DNA of 64,000 nt from the NCBI GenBank assembly GCA_049320885.1, contig JBMORA010000038.1, positions 1 to 64,000 of the forward strand, read 5' to 3'. The position numbers were made by a program, and so were the translations under genes. The notes beneath the pieces were generated by a model. That model saw only the letters and a program-made list of their open reading frames with translations, was not told where the DNA came from and searched no databases. Shown in pieces: positions 38,346 through 47,767 of this stretch; the first letter of the stretch is position 1, and every line of letters begins with the position of its first letter. This DNA is from Thermodesulfobacteriota bacterium. GTDB taxonomy: Bacteria > Desulfobacterota > Desulfobacteria > Desulfobacterales > SURF-7.

Positions 38346-39320
38346 ATGGAACCAATCAACACCCCCTTGGAAATGATTTTGCGCCCCATCGGCGTGGTCC
38401 GCAATGAACTCGAGCATCAATGGCCGCGGAAAGAGGCTGCGCAGCAGGAGCTGAAGGAAAGGTTGGCGGAAATCCGGGCCAAACAGGAACGGCTCCAAAA
38501 CCTGGTCTCCGAGTTGATCATCGATCCCGGCCTGGAAGACCTGCTGGAGGGCATCGAGGAATTTTCCCATGTCGTGGTGCTGTACTGGCCGCACCATTTG
38601 CCCCCGGAAAGCCGCAACCTGAGAAAGGTGCGTCCCATGCGGCGCAAGGATCTGCCGGAAAAAGGAATTTTCGCCACCCGCAGTCCGGCCCGGCCCAACC
38701 CGATTCTGATCTCCACCGTGCGCCTCCTGGAGCGCAGGGGCAATATCCTGCGGGTCCAGGCCCTGGAGGCGGAAAACGGCAGTCCCATCGTGGACATCAA
38801 GCCCTATGTGGAGATCAAGCCGGAGGCGGAAAACCCCCGTTTCCCGGATTGGCTGCGCAAGAGCCGAGAGGCTTTGGATCAAGATGAGATTGTTCTTCGG
38901 GAGCCTGCCAAGGGATTGGCGAAAGCGTTTGAGCTGTTGACCGATCTGCCCGATGACTTTTTTTCGGAAGGCCGTCGGGATATTCCTCCGCAGCATCGGG
39001 AGGGTCCATGCCGGCATTGGTTTCCCGGTGGTTTTGCTACAAAGACCCGTCCAACTCGTCGGCCACCGGTTTCTTGCACACCCGGCAGCGCTGGGCTCCC
39101 CGGAACAAGGGGTTGCCGCAGCCGGAACAATGATAGCGCTCGCATTCCGACCGGGCCCATTCCACGCTGCCTTCCTCGTCGCCCAGGGCCGCGACCTTTT
39201 CCCGCCAGACGGGGATGGTGCGCTTCATCACCCGGCAGCCGGTGGCCAGGGGGAATTTTTCGATCATGTCGCAGGGCCATTCCCCGCATTGATGGCAGGA
39301 ATAGTATCCCTTGGCCTTGA
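38346..39320 (+). CDS. Second TsaA/TrmO-like SAM-binding protein with an aberrant C-terminal extension
   Basis: LRPIGVV, FSHVVVLYWPH, GIFATRSPARPNPI, SPIVDIKPY, FPDWL. The domain ends near 38880 but no stop occurs until 39320, which overlaps the antisense gene. Confidence 0.72.
   Translation: MEPINTPLEMILRPIGVVRNELEHQWPRKEAAQQELKERLAEIRAKQERLQNLVSELIIDPGLEDLLEGIEEFSHVVVLYWPHHLPPESRNLRKVRPMRRKDLPEKGIFATRSPARPNPILISTVRLLERRGNILRVQALEAENGSPIVDIKPYVEIKPEAENPRFPDWLRKSREALDQDEIVLREPAKGLAKAFELLTDLPDDFFSEGRRDIPPQHREGPCRHWFPGGFATKTRPTRRPPVSCTPGSAGLPGTRGCRSRNNDSARIPTGPIPRCLPRRPGPRPFPARRGWCASSPGSRWPGGIFRSCRRAIPRIDGRNSIPWP
38883..39005 (+). pseudogene. C-terminal half of a VapB/VagC antitoxin, fused in frame to TsaA
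   Basis: DEIVLREPAKGLAKAFELLTDLPDDFFSEGRRDIPPQHRE resembles VapB C-termini (DEIVLR...PDDF...R...PPQxRE). Confidence 0.6.
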
Positions 39321-39558
39321 CGCAATCCCGGATGCTGCACGCTTTGCAGAAACCGTAGAGCTGTTTCGGCGGGTCCGGCTGCATGCAGCCGAGGCATTCG
39401 GTCTCCTCGGGTTTGGTGCCATATAGATTCCCCATGACGGTCTTGAATTTTTCGTTGCCGTCCCGGGTGGCGATATAAATTCCGCAGGCCCCGCAATACA
39501 GGCCGCAGGGCGCCATGATTTCCTTGTTCCGGATTTCTTCCTCGGTCCAACCTTGCAT
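39037..39558 (-). CDS. DUF3795 Cys-rich protein
   Basis: APCGLYCGAC, CLGC, CSIRDC, CHQCGEWPC, CSGC, CRVC. AAGGAGG RBS. Confidence 0.82.
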   Translation of the reverse strand: MQGWTEEEIRNKEIMAPCGLYCGACGIYIATRDGNEKFKTVMGNLYGTKPEETECLGCMQPDPPKQLYGFCKACSIRDCVKAKGYYSCHQCGEWPCDMIEKFPLATGCRVMKRTIPVWREKVAALGDEEGSVEWARSECERYHCSGCGNPLFRGAQRCRVCKKPVADELDGSL

Positions 39559-39972
39559 TGCATTCCCCTCCTTGGTTGTCGCCATCGTATTTCCCGCATG
39601 TCGAAAGCCGTCGCCAGCGAATCCGGCGGTGGCCATCCACCGCGAGGATTAGGTGCGCAGGGCGATGCTCTTTTACTCTACGAACAATTGCGCGGGACTT
39701 CAAGTCCAAAGCCACCGGAGTCTTTTCCCGGAGCGGACCGCCACGGGGTGACGCGTTGGGTCTTTCTTCTTAATGCTCCTGTGGTTTCAGTGAGTTGTAT
39801 ATTGGGGGGCTTGACATGAAAGAACCCTTGGCATATGCTCGGCCTGCAACAAAAGAGGACTTCCGGCCATATCCGGGCATTCCCGCCGGCATCTGAAAAC
39901 GAACCATTAAATTGACCACTGCTTCCGGCGGCGCCCATCAGGATTTTCAATCAAGGATGTGAGAGGAGAACG

Positions 39973-40353
39973 GTGTTGTCCAGCAGCAAATACCCGAATG
40001 AAAAACGAAAGGAAGCCAGGGCGGAATTTTATCCCCTGGTGGCCTTGCGATCGGGCAAGACGGAGATTCTTCCCAAAAGCAGGGCCCAGGACATCAGCAT
40101 GACCGGGATTTTCATCAACACGGAGAAGACCCTGCCGGTGGGCAAGGATTGCGATGTCCAAATCTACCTGAAAGGCAAATCCAGTATCCTGATGCTGATC
40201 ATCAAAGGAAAAGTCGTGCGCAGTTCCCAAGCCGGAATCGGGATTACCTTTAAAAAACTGGATGTGGATACCTATTTTCTGCTCAACGCCATCCTGAACA
40301 ACGCCGTCCTGGACCCGACCACCATTATCAATGAAATTTTTCCGTTTGAATGA
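39973..40353 (+). CDS. PilZ domain protein
   Basis: RKEAR (RxxxR), DISMTG (DxSxxG), GKVVR, GIGITF. GAGGAG RBS, GTG start. Confidence 0.82.
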   Translation: MLSSSKYPNEKRKEARAEFYPLVALRSGKTEILPKSRAQDISMTGIFINTEKTLPVGKDCDVQIYLKGKSSILMLIIKGKVVRSSQAGIGITFKKLDVDTYFLLNAILNNAVLDPTTIINEIFPFE

Positions 40354-40360
40354 GGACAGT

Positions 40361-40867
40361 ATGTGGAAACCGATCTGCACCTTGCCGGCGTTGATGCTCG
40401 CCGGGTTTTTCGGCCTCTTCCTGGCTGCCGCGCCGGCATTCGCGGAAAAGGCCATGAGCGTCCAGATCCGTAAGGCGGAGCTGCGGTCCGGTCCGTCTTA
40501 CCTGGCCAAACCCCTGGCCCAGGCCGTTTATGGCGACCGCCTGTTCATTGATGCGGAAAAAGGTCCCTGGCGGAAAGTGCGCAATCCGAAAACCGGGAAA
40601 ACCGGATGGCTGCATCAGTCCGCGCTGACGCCCAAAACCATCAAGCTGACGGCCGGCGACAAGGATGTGGCCCTTTCGGCCTCCTCGGACGAGCTGCAAC
40701 TGGCCGGCAAGGGCTTTAACAAACAGGTGGAAGAGGAGTTCAAAAATCGGAACCGGGACGTCAGTTTTGAATGGGTTGACCGGATGAGCCGGATCACCGT
40801 CTCCCAGGATCAGAAACAGGCTTTTCTCCAAAACGGCCGGCTTACCCCCCGGGAGGACGCGAAATGA
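40361..40867 (+). CDS. Exported SH3-domain protein
   Basis: Signal peptide (PAFA), LRSGPS, WRKV...GWLHQSAL, conserved-looking AGKGFN. Confidence 0.8.
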   Translation: MWKPICTLPALMLAGFFGLFLAAAPAFAEKAMSVQIRKAELRSGPSYLAKPLAQAVYGDRLFIDAEKGPWRKVRNPKTGKTGWLHQSALTPKTIKLTAGDKDVALSASSDELQLAGKGFNKQVEEEFKNRNRDVSFEWVDRMSRITVSQDQKQAFLQNGRLTPREDAK

Positions 40868-41802
40868 ATCCACATGGAAAAAAGAACGGACATTCGCATC
40901 CGGTGAAATATCGGCTGGCGGTATGGCTGCTGCTGTTCACGGTTGTCGTTACCGGCTGTCGCAAGACCATGGGGGTCATCGCGGATGTCGGCGCGGCGTC
41001 CGGCGCCATCAGCGGTCAGCAGGCCGATTCCATCAAGAAATCCGGAGCCGCCCTTGAAAAAACCTTCGAGGACATCACCCCGGAACAGGAATATTATATC
41101 GGCCGCACCGTGGGCGCGGTGATCACTGGCAAGTACACGGTATACAACCAGACGAAGGCCACCGAGTATATCAATGTGCTGGGCCAGACCCTGGCTCAGT
41201 ACTCGGATATGCCGGAAACCTTCGGCGGCTACCATTTCCTGATCCTGGACTCCGAGGAAATCAACGCGTTTGCCGCGCCCGGCGGTTTGATCTTCGTCAC
41301 CCGGGGATTGTTGCGCTGCTGTAAAAACGAAGACGCCGTGGCGGCGGTGCTGGCCCATGAAATCGGTCATGTGCAGCATCAGCACGGACTCCGGGCCATT
41401 GAGAAATCCCGCATGACCGCCGCCGTCACGACCCTGGCCCTGGAAAGCGCCAAATCCTTCGGCGGCGAGGAACTGGCCTCCCTGACCACCACTTTCGAGG
41501 GATCGATTGCGGACATCACCGGAACCCTGATCAACAGCGGGTACTCCCGCGCGTTCGAGCGCCAGGCGGATCAGGCCGCCGTATCCATTCTCGATCGGGT
41601 GGGCTACAGCCCCGCGGGCCTCATCGACATGCTGGAAGTCATGAAAACCCGCATCCGGCCGGGCGGACCGGATTTTGCCAAAACCCATCCGTCACCAGAG
41701 GACCGGATCGCGGATATCCGCGGAATCAAGCCAGCGATTGCCCAGGTCAGGGATGACCCGGCGCGCGCCGCCAGATTCAAGGCCGCGCTGAAAGGGGTGT
41801 GA
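40864..41802 (+). CDS. M48-family metallopeptidase, lipoprotein
   Basis: Lipobox VTGC, INAFAAPGG, AHEIGH, YSRAFE, THP...R. ATGA overlap with the SH3 gene. Confidence 0.88.
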   Translation: MNPHGKKNGHSHPVKYRLAVWLLLFTVVVTGCRKTMGVIADVGAASGAISGQQADSIKKSGAALEKTFEDITPEQEYYIGRTVGAVITGKYTVYNQTKATEYINVLGQTLAQYSDMPETFGGYHFLILDSEEINAFAAPGGLIFVTRGLLRCCKNEDAVAAVLAHEIGHVQHQHGLRAIEKSRMTAAVTTLALESAKSFGGEELASLTTTFEGSIADITGTLINSGYSRAFERQADQAAVSILDRVGYSPAGLIDMLEVMKTRIRPGGPDFAKTHPSPEDRIADIRGIKPAIAQVRDDPARAARFKAALKGV

Positions 41803-41889
41803 TATCGACAGGCTTGTCGTTTCCGAATGCGGGAGATGGTTCCAGCGCTCCAAGAGCGGCCGATATCGACGTATTGAGAGGAATCATCC

Positions 41890-44040
41890 ATGTTCGGCTA
41901 CGGTATTGGCCTCAAAACCCGTGTGACCCATGCCCTGGTGGTTGCCGGGGTTTCGTTCCTGGCCGCGGTTCTGCTCTGGGCCGGCGGCTTCATCACCGAA
42001 CTGGAGTATAAAACCTGGGATCGGCGGGTTGCCCTGATGGCCGAACCGGGGGTTGCCACCAGGGATATCGCCATTATCCTGGTGGACCAGAACAGCCTGG
42101 ACTGGGCCAGTGAAACCAACGCCTGGTCATGGCCCTGGCCCCGGGTGGCCTATGCCGCTATCCTGGATTTTCTGGGCCGGGGGTCGGCAAAGGCCCTGGC
42201 TTTGGATGTGCTGTTTACCGAGCCCTCGGTGTACGGCGTTGAGGATGACCGGGAATTTCAAGCGGCGGCCCGGCGGTTCGGAAGGTCCGCGGTTGCCATC
42301 GGCCTGAGCGCCAGCCACGGCGCAGCGACGCAATGGCCGGCATTTCATTCCAAACCGGGCTTTTTCGTGGAAGGCGCTGACGACTGGTTTGCCCAAAGCC
42401 GTCGAAACGATCTGACGGCCTCGGCGGCGACCTTGCCGGCCCCGGATCTGGCAAACGGCTTCCGCCTCTTGGCCAATGTGGACCAGAATCCGGACGAGGA
42501 TTCGATCTACCGCCGGGTGGCGCCCTTCAAACGCTTCGACCGGCAAATCCTGCCGCTGCTGGGCATCGGCGCCTATCTCGCCGCCAACCCGGAGGAATCC
42601 ATCCGTTTCTCTGAAAACCACGTCAGCGTGGGGACGCATCTCATCCCGACGGATGACCGCGGCAATGTGATTCTGCGGTTTCGCGGACCGTCCGGCACCC
42701 ATTCCCTATGCAGCGCGGCGGCGGTGATCCGGTCGGAACTCCTGCTGCGGGAAGGCCGCAACCCGCCCATCGATCCCGCGGTATTCAAAGACAAGTATGT
42801 TTTTCTGGGGTTCAGTGCCAAGGGACTCCACGACACCAAGCCCATTCCCCTGGGCAAGGTGTATTCAGGGGTTGAGGTCAACGCCACCCTCCTGGACAAT
42901 TTTCTTTCCCGGGATTTCATCCGACCGGCACCGTTGGCGGCCACCATTGTTTTTGTCTTGATATTGAGCCTTTCCTGCGCTTTCAGCGTCACCTTCGCGC
43001 GCGCGCCCATCCTCAATCTGCTGTTAACGCTGGCTTTCATCGGCCTGCCGCTGGCCGCCGCGCTGGCCGCCTACCGGGCCGGTTTCTGGCTGCCCCTGGT
43101 CACTCCCGAAGTCGCGGTCATGGCCGCCTGTACCCTCTCCCTGGTGGTCAATTTCGCGGTGGAAGGCGTGCAGAAGCAGTTCATCAAGTCCGCTTTCCAG
43201 CAATACCTGAATCCGGCCGTCATCGAAGACATCATCCGCAACCCGGAAAAACTGGTCTTGGGGGGTGATCGCCGGGAGATATCGATCTTTTTTTCGGATA
43301 TCCAGGGTTTTACCGCCATCTCGGAGTCCCTGGAACCGGAGGCGCTGACCGCTTTTCTAAACGACTACCTTTCGGCCATGACCGACATCATCCACGAGGA
43401 AGGCGGCACCGTGGACAAATACGAAGGCGACGCCATCATCGCCTTCTGGAACGCGCCCCAGCAACTGCCGGATCACCCCCTCCGGGCCGTGACCGCCGCC
43501 CTGCGTTGTCAGGAAAAACTGGCGGCGTTGCGTCCTGTTTATGAGCGCAGGATTGGACGCCCTCTGTACATGCGGATCGGCCTCAACACGGGGCCTGCGG
43601 TGGTGGGCAACATGGGTTCCAAAAACCGGTTCAACTACACCATGATCGGCGATGCGGTCAACCTGGCCGCCCGCCTGGAGGGCGCCAACAAGGAATTCGG
43701 CACGTTTACCATGGTGTCCGAAAATACCCGGAAACTGGCACAGGGAAATGTTTTCTATCGAGAATTGGGCAAAATAGCGGTGGTGGGGAAAACCGAGGCC
43801 GTTGGGATTTTCGAGCCGATTTCGGTTCCCCGCGCGGAAGCTGTCCGGGAGGTGTTGGCGGCGTTTCAGCAAGGCCTGGCGCTCTTCTACCAGGGGGAGT
43901 TTCCCGAAGCGGCCCGTATTTTCTCAGGAATCGAAACCCGTGATCCACCAGCCGCCGCCTATTGCCGAAAATGCCGGGAATTGGCGGCATCGCCGGCCCC
44001 GGAAAATTGGCAGGGGGTATGGGTGTTGAAGTCCAAATAA
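41890..44040 (+). CDS. CHASE2-domain class III adenylate cyclase
   Basis: WPWPR (CHASE2), three TM helices, FSDIQGFT, DKYEGDA, GLNTG, YTMIGDAVNLAARLEG. Confidence 0.92.
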   Translation: MFGYGIGLKTRVTHALVVAGVSFLAAVLLWAGGFITELEYKTWDRRVALMAEPGVATRDIAIILVDQNSLDWASETNAWSWPWPRVAYAAILDFLGRGSAKALALDVLFTEPSVYGVEDDREFQAAARRFGRSAVAIGLSASHGAATQWPAFHSKPGFFVEGADDWFAQSRRNDLTASAATLPAPDLANGFRLLANVDQNPDEDSIYRRVAPFKRFDRQILPLLGIGAYLAANPEESIRFSENHVSVGTHLIPTDDRGNVILRFRGPSGTHSLCSAAAVIRSELLLREGRNPPIDPAVFKDKYVFLGFSAKGLHDTKPIPLGKVYSGVEVNATLLDNFLSRDFIRPAPLAATIVFVLILSLSCAFSVTFARAPILNLLLTLAFIGLPLAAALAAYRAGFWLPLVTPEVAVMAACTLSLVVNFAVEGVQKQFIKSAFQQYLNPAVIEDIIRNPEKLVLGGDRREISIFFSDIQGFTAISESLEPEALTAFLNDYLSAMTDIIHEEGGTVDKYEGDAIIAFWNAPQQLPDHPLRAVTAALRCQEKLAALRPVYERRIGRPLYMRIGLNTGPAVVGNMGSKNRFNYTMIGDAVNLAARLEGANKEFGTFTMVSENTRKLAQGNVFYRELGKIAVVGKTEAVGIFEPISVPRAEAVREVLAAFQQGLALFYQGEFPEAARIFSGIETRDPPAAAYCRKCRELAASPAPENWQGVWVLKSK

Positions 44041-44119
44041 GGTTTCACTTCTGGTCGATTTCCCGTCCGGCGGGGTTCCGCCATGCCGGTGATTTCGAAA
44101 AATGGATGGGAGGATGGGG

Positions 44120-45184
44120 ATGCCGAAAATGAGGATGCTGTTGATGTTCTGCTGGTCGTGTATCGCGGGGACGACGGGGATATGGGCGTCGGAGGCAACC
44201 ACCCTTTGCCGGTACATGGATCCGGAAAGCGGCCGGCCGATTCTGGGCGCGGTGACGCGGGATGATCGCATTCTGCCGTTGCAGGCGGCCTTCTCCCGGT
44301 TGAATGGAGGCAAAACCAGCCCCTATCTGGAATCCATCCCGGATTTTTTTAGAGGGGGCGGCAAGGAAGCCCGGGCCATAGTTGAAAGATTGAAACAGGA
44401 AGCCGGCCAAACCGGATTGCCGCTTTTGCGGCCGGAGGATGTGAATCTGCTGACCCCGCTGGAACCGGTCAAACTGATCGCCGGATCGATATTCGAGGGC
44501 CATGCGACCAACTCCCGGGAATCCTGGGCCCGGGAACTGGTTCCGGTGCAGTGGGCAGTGGCGAAACTGATCGGCGGCGGGCCTTTCAGACCGCCCGCGG
44601 AGCATTATACGGACATCACCTATTACCAGGGAAATCATCTGGGCTGGTTCGCCCACCGGAAGGATATCCTGCTGCCCGCCGCCTGGGAAAGCGTCGACTT
44701 CGAAGTCGAAATCGCCATGCTGGTGGTGGCGGAAGCAGGCGTTTATAAAGTGGGCGGATATTTTTTGTTCAACGATATCACCCACCGCAAGACCCAGGGA
44801 GTCGAAATCGACAAGATCCGGCATGGCTTTTCCGTGAGCAAGCATCTCAATGCCGCGGGTTGGAAATTCGTCTTGGCCGATGAAGTCGATTTTTCCCGGA
44901 TTACCGTTATGGCGACCCATATCCGGTCGAATGGGGAGCGGGAAACGCTATGCACCGGCAGGACCGATGATGCGCTCTTTTCACCGGAGGAGGTACTGGC
45001 GTCCGTGGCCCGGCGGGACGGCGGGGTGTTCGCCGGTGAAGTCATCACCACCGGCACCATGACCGGTTGCTGCGGATTGGAAATCCGCGGGGCCGCGGAG
45101 GCGGACCTCCTGCATCCCGGGGATACAATCCGTTTTGAAAGCGACATCCTGGGCGATCTGGAAAACCGAATCGCCAAGCAATGA
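44120..45184 (+). CDS. Fumarylacetoacetate hydrolase family protein with an apparent signal peptide
   Basis: VDFEVEI, FNDITHR, TTGT, LGDLEN. Hydrophobic N-terminus after a GGAGG RBS. Confidence 0.78.
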   Translation: MPKMRMLLMFCWSCIAGTTGIWASEATTLCRYMDPESGRPILGAVTRDDRILPLQAAFSRLNGGKTSPYLESIPDFFRGGGKEARAIVERLKQEAGQTGLPLLRPEDVNLLTPLEPVKLIAGSIFEGHATNSRESWARELVPVQWAVAKLIGGGPFRPPAEHYTDITYYQGNHLGWFAHRKDILLPAAWESVDFEVEIAMLVVAEAGVYKVGGYFLFNDITHRKTQGVEIDKIRHGFSVSKHLNAAGWKFVLADEVDFSRITVMATHIRSNGERETLCTGRTDDALFSPEEVLASVARRDGGVFAGEVITTGTMTGCCGLEIRGAAEADLLHPGDTIRFESDILGDLENRIAKQ

Positions 45185-45288
45185 CGCTGTTGCATTCCAT
45201 GATTTGCTGGCAGATCGGCTGGTTGTTGGGGGAACAAAGGGTGCTGTTACGAAAGCGCCATTGGATGGTATCAAGGAGGAGTTCGGCA

Positions 45289-46314
45289 ATGACAAGCAGA
45301 ACGCGTTGCGGCAGGCCAATTCGATTGGCCTCGTCTTTTGTAATTTTCCTGTTGCTGCTGGCAATGGGAGGCTGTCTCCGGAAACCGACACACACATTGG
45401 GGCAGTGGTTTCATCTGAAGCCGGACACCATTCAGAAAGGAAAAACCGGCAAAGCCCAGCTTATCTCCGAATTGGGACGGCCGACAATCCATCTGAGCGC
45501 GCCCGGCCAAAATGAAACCCTGGTGTATTCCTACAGCAGCGGAGATGAAAACAAACTGGATGTCGGCTTGCTGGTGGTGACATGTGATACCACGGATTTG
45601 GTCCAGGACTATTACGCGGGATTCAGCTACAGCCGACAGGAGGAACAGGCGCCCAAACAGGATGCGAAGGCCGATTATATCAGCGAATCCTCCATCCGGA
45701 TCATCCAGGATTTGTTGAATTCCAATGATCCACAGCAAAAAATATCCGCCGTGCTGCTCTCCTTTGAGGGGTTTCGTCCGGGGCTCCTGGGTTTTTTGCA
45801 ATCCTATTTGAAAAAGCAGGTGGACGTCGAGACAGACCTGAAGGTCCAGGCGATATATCTCTTGGCCCTGGACGGCATCGAGGATGAAAAGCACGAGCGC
45901 GACACCGTCCACAGCGCCCGTTTGCTGATGCTGCTGTCGGATCATCCGGAGATCCTGATTGAGCTGGAAAGCACCAATGCCATTGCCGCATTCGCTGTAA
46001 AAGATTTTATCGAGAAAAAGGCCGGCCAGTGCAACCGAACAGCCGTATCCCTCATCTACCGGCATATCGCGAATCCGGAACTCGCAGGCTATTTTTCAGC
46101 CTGCGCCGAAGACTTGTTCGCCGATCAAACAGAATGTTCTTTGGAATTTTTGGGCAGCCTGACGGCTGGGGAGCTGCAACATACGATCCAACTGATCGGG
46201 GCCAAAAAAGACATGGAGAGCAAGGCCTATCTGAAAATTCATTACTATGCCTCCATTTCCGATCCGGTTTACGGTGAGGTCAGCAGGACAATTTTGCAGA
46301 CAATGGAACCATAA
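45289..46314 (+). CDS. Hypothetical lipoprotein (BamE/SmpA-like N-terminal motif)
   Basis: AAGGAGG RBS, lipobox MGGC, IQKGKTGKAQLISELGRP. Confidence 0.65.
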   Translation: MTSRTRCGRPIRLASSFVIFLLLLAMGGCLRKPTHTLGQWFHLKPDTIQKGKTGKAQLISELGRPTIHLSAPGQNETLVYSYSSGDENKLDVGLLVVTCDTTDLVQDYYAGFSYSRQEEQAPKQDAKADYISESSIRIIQDLLNSNDPQQKISAVLLSFEGFRPGLLGFLQSYLKKQVDVETDLKVQAIYLLALDGIEDEKHERDTVHSARLLMLLSDHPEILIELESTNAIAAFAVKDFIEKKAGQCNRTAVSLIYRHIANPELAGYFSACAEDLFADQTECSLEFLGSLTAGELQHTIQLIGAKKDMESKAYLKIHYYASISDPVYGEVSRTILQTMEP

Positions 46315-46345
46315 ACACATTCTTCCGGACCGGAAAGGAGCAGGC

Positions 46346-47092
46346 ATGGCCAGAAACAACCGGCAATTTCGCAGCATGATTTCCTCGGATTGGAATGAAT
46401 GCCTCGCGCCGTGCGGGCCGTTCGACTGCATGGCCTTTGTCTACCCGGAACTGGCTTCCGCGCTGGAAAACATTTTCCGCCAATACACCGGCGGCCGGAT
46501 GACGTTAGGGGCGGCGGCCGCACAGATCAAAGCCTTATTGCCGGCGCCGATGACGGCGGATCAGATGGATGCCTATCTCGCCAAGTCCTTCCGTACCTAC
46601 ACCGGGGTGCCGGAACTCATCGAATGGTGCCTGTCCAACGACATCCTGTTCATGATCAACACCACCGGCATGCAGGGCTATTTTCAGCGCGTCCTGGCCA
46701 AAAAACTTCTGCCTCCGGTGCCGGTCATCGCGGCCCATCCGATGATTCGCTTTGAAAATGGAGGCTCCGGTCCGTCAATTCTGTATGATCTGCTGGAAAT
46801 TCAGGACAAGGGGGTCTACACCGAACTGGCCGCCCGCCATTTCAATATCCCCCTGGATAAGATCGTGGTCATGGGCGACAGCGGGGGAGACGGGCCGCAT
46901 TTTGATTGGGGCCGGCGGAACGGGGCCCGCCTGGTCAGCAGCATGGGCAAACCGTCCCTGGATTCCTTCTGCCGCCGAAACGGGATAGCCCTTCATTTCC
47001 AGCATGGTCGCACCTACGCGGCAGGCGAATCTCCGGACAGAGGGGCCGAAATGACGGTGGATTTCCTGGCGCTCACCAGGTTTTTCGCCTAA
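46346..47092 (+). CDS. HAD-like hydrolase family protein
   Basis: SSDWNECL (variant motif I), GVPELI, INTT, K, MGDSGGD. AAGGAG RBS. Confidence 0.65.
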   Translation: MARNNRQFRSMISSDWNECLAPCGPFDCMAFVYPELASALENIFRQYTGGRMTLGAAAAQIKALLPAPMTADQMDAYLAKSFRTYTGVPELIEWCLSNDILFMINTTGMQGYFQRVLAKKLLPPVPVIAAHPMIRFENGGSGPSILYDLLEIQDKGVYTELAARHFNIPLDKIVVMGDSGGDGPHFDWGRRNGARLVSSMGKPSLDSFCRRNGIALHFQHGRTYAAGESPDRGAEMTVDFLALTRFFA

Positions 47093-47101
47093 TCGGGCGG
47101 C

Positions 47102-47767
47102 TTACTCCGTTTCCATTCTTTTCGGTTTGCGGATGTTCAGCCGGGTATAAAAATTCTTGGCGGTATACAGGGCCGCCAAGGGGTTGTGGGCCAGGACCCG
47201 GTCCTTAACCGCCAGCACCGTCACCGGTGCCTTGGCATGTTTGATGAACAGGGTGTCATCGCCCACGCAAAGGCCTAAAAGGATGTGAAATTCAGCTCCC
47301 TGTTCTTCCAGAATGGCGGCCTGGCCGATGGGGTTGCACATGGGCTGGCGGATGCCCGGAACGATTTTGTCGGCGTCCGGCAGGGACACATCGTCCGCGC
47401 TGAGGGCGCCGCACATACAGCATGCGGAAGCAACCTCAAAGCCTTCGTTGAACAACAGATTGGTCAACAGTTCCGCTTCCTGGGCCAATCCGACGCAAAA
47501 GGCCAGTCCCAGCTTTTGAAATCCGCGTAACCGGGCGTATTGGACGGTCTCTTCGATCCGCGTGAGCTTGCCGTATTCCTTCCAGGTTTTGGCCACGGCC
47601 CGGGCCATTGCCTGGTTTTCCGGTTCATCCAGTTTTTTTCTGGCCTGTTCCAGCACGTCTTGTTTATGCACCGAGGGGCAAAATGCCGGTGCCTGGCTGA
47701 GATCTCCCACAAAGCATCGTTTGCGTCCGCAATAACTGCAGAGCACCTTGTTTTCCGTCATACTCAT
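47102..47767 (-). CDS. DUF1847 metal-binding protein
   Basis: TRIEE, GLAFCVGL, MCNPIGQA, GLCVGDD, KDRVLAHNP. AGGAGG RBS. Confidence 0.85.
   Translation of the reverse strand: MSMTENKVLCSYCGRKRCFVGDLSQAPAFCPSVHKQDVLEQARKKLDEPENQAMARAVAKTWKEYGKLTRIEETVQYARLRGFQKLGLAFCVGLAQEAELLTNLLFNEGFEVASACCMCGALSADDVSLPDADKIVPGIRQPMCNPIGQAAILEEQGAEFHILLGLCVGDDTLFIKHAKAPVTVLAVKDRVLAHNPLAALYTAKNFYTRLNIRKPKRMETE

Noticed and set aside
39560..39960. 400-bp intergenic region as an ncRNA or small gene
   Set aside because: No convincing ORF, RNA motif or repeat recognised.
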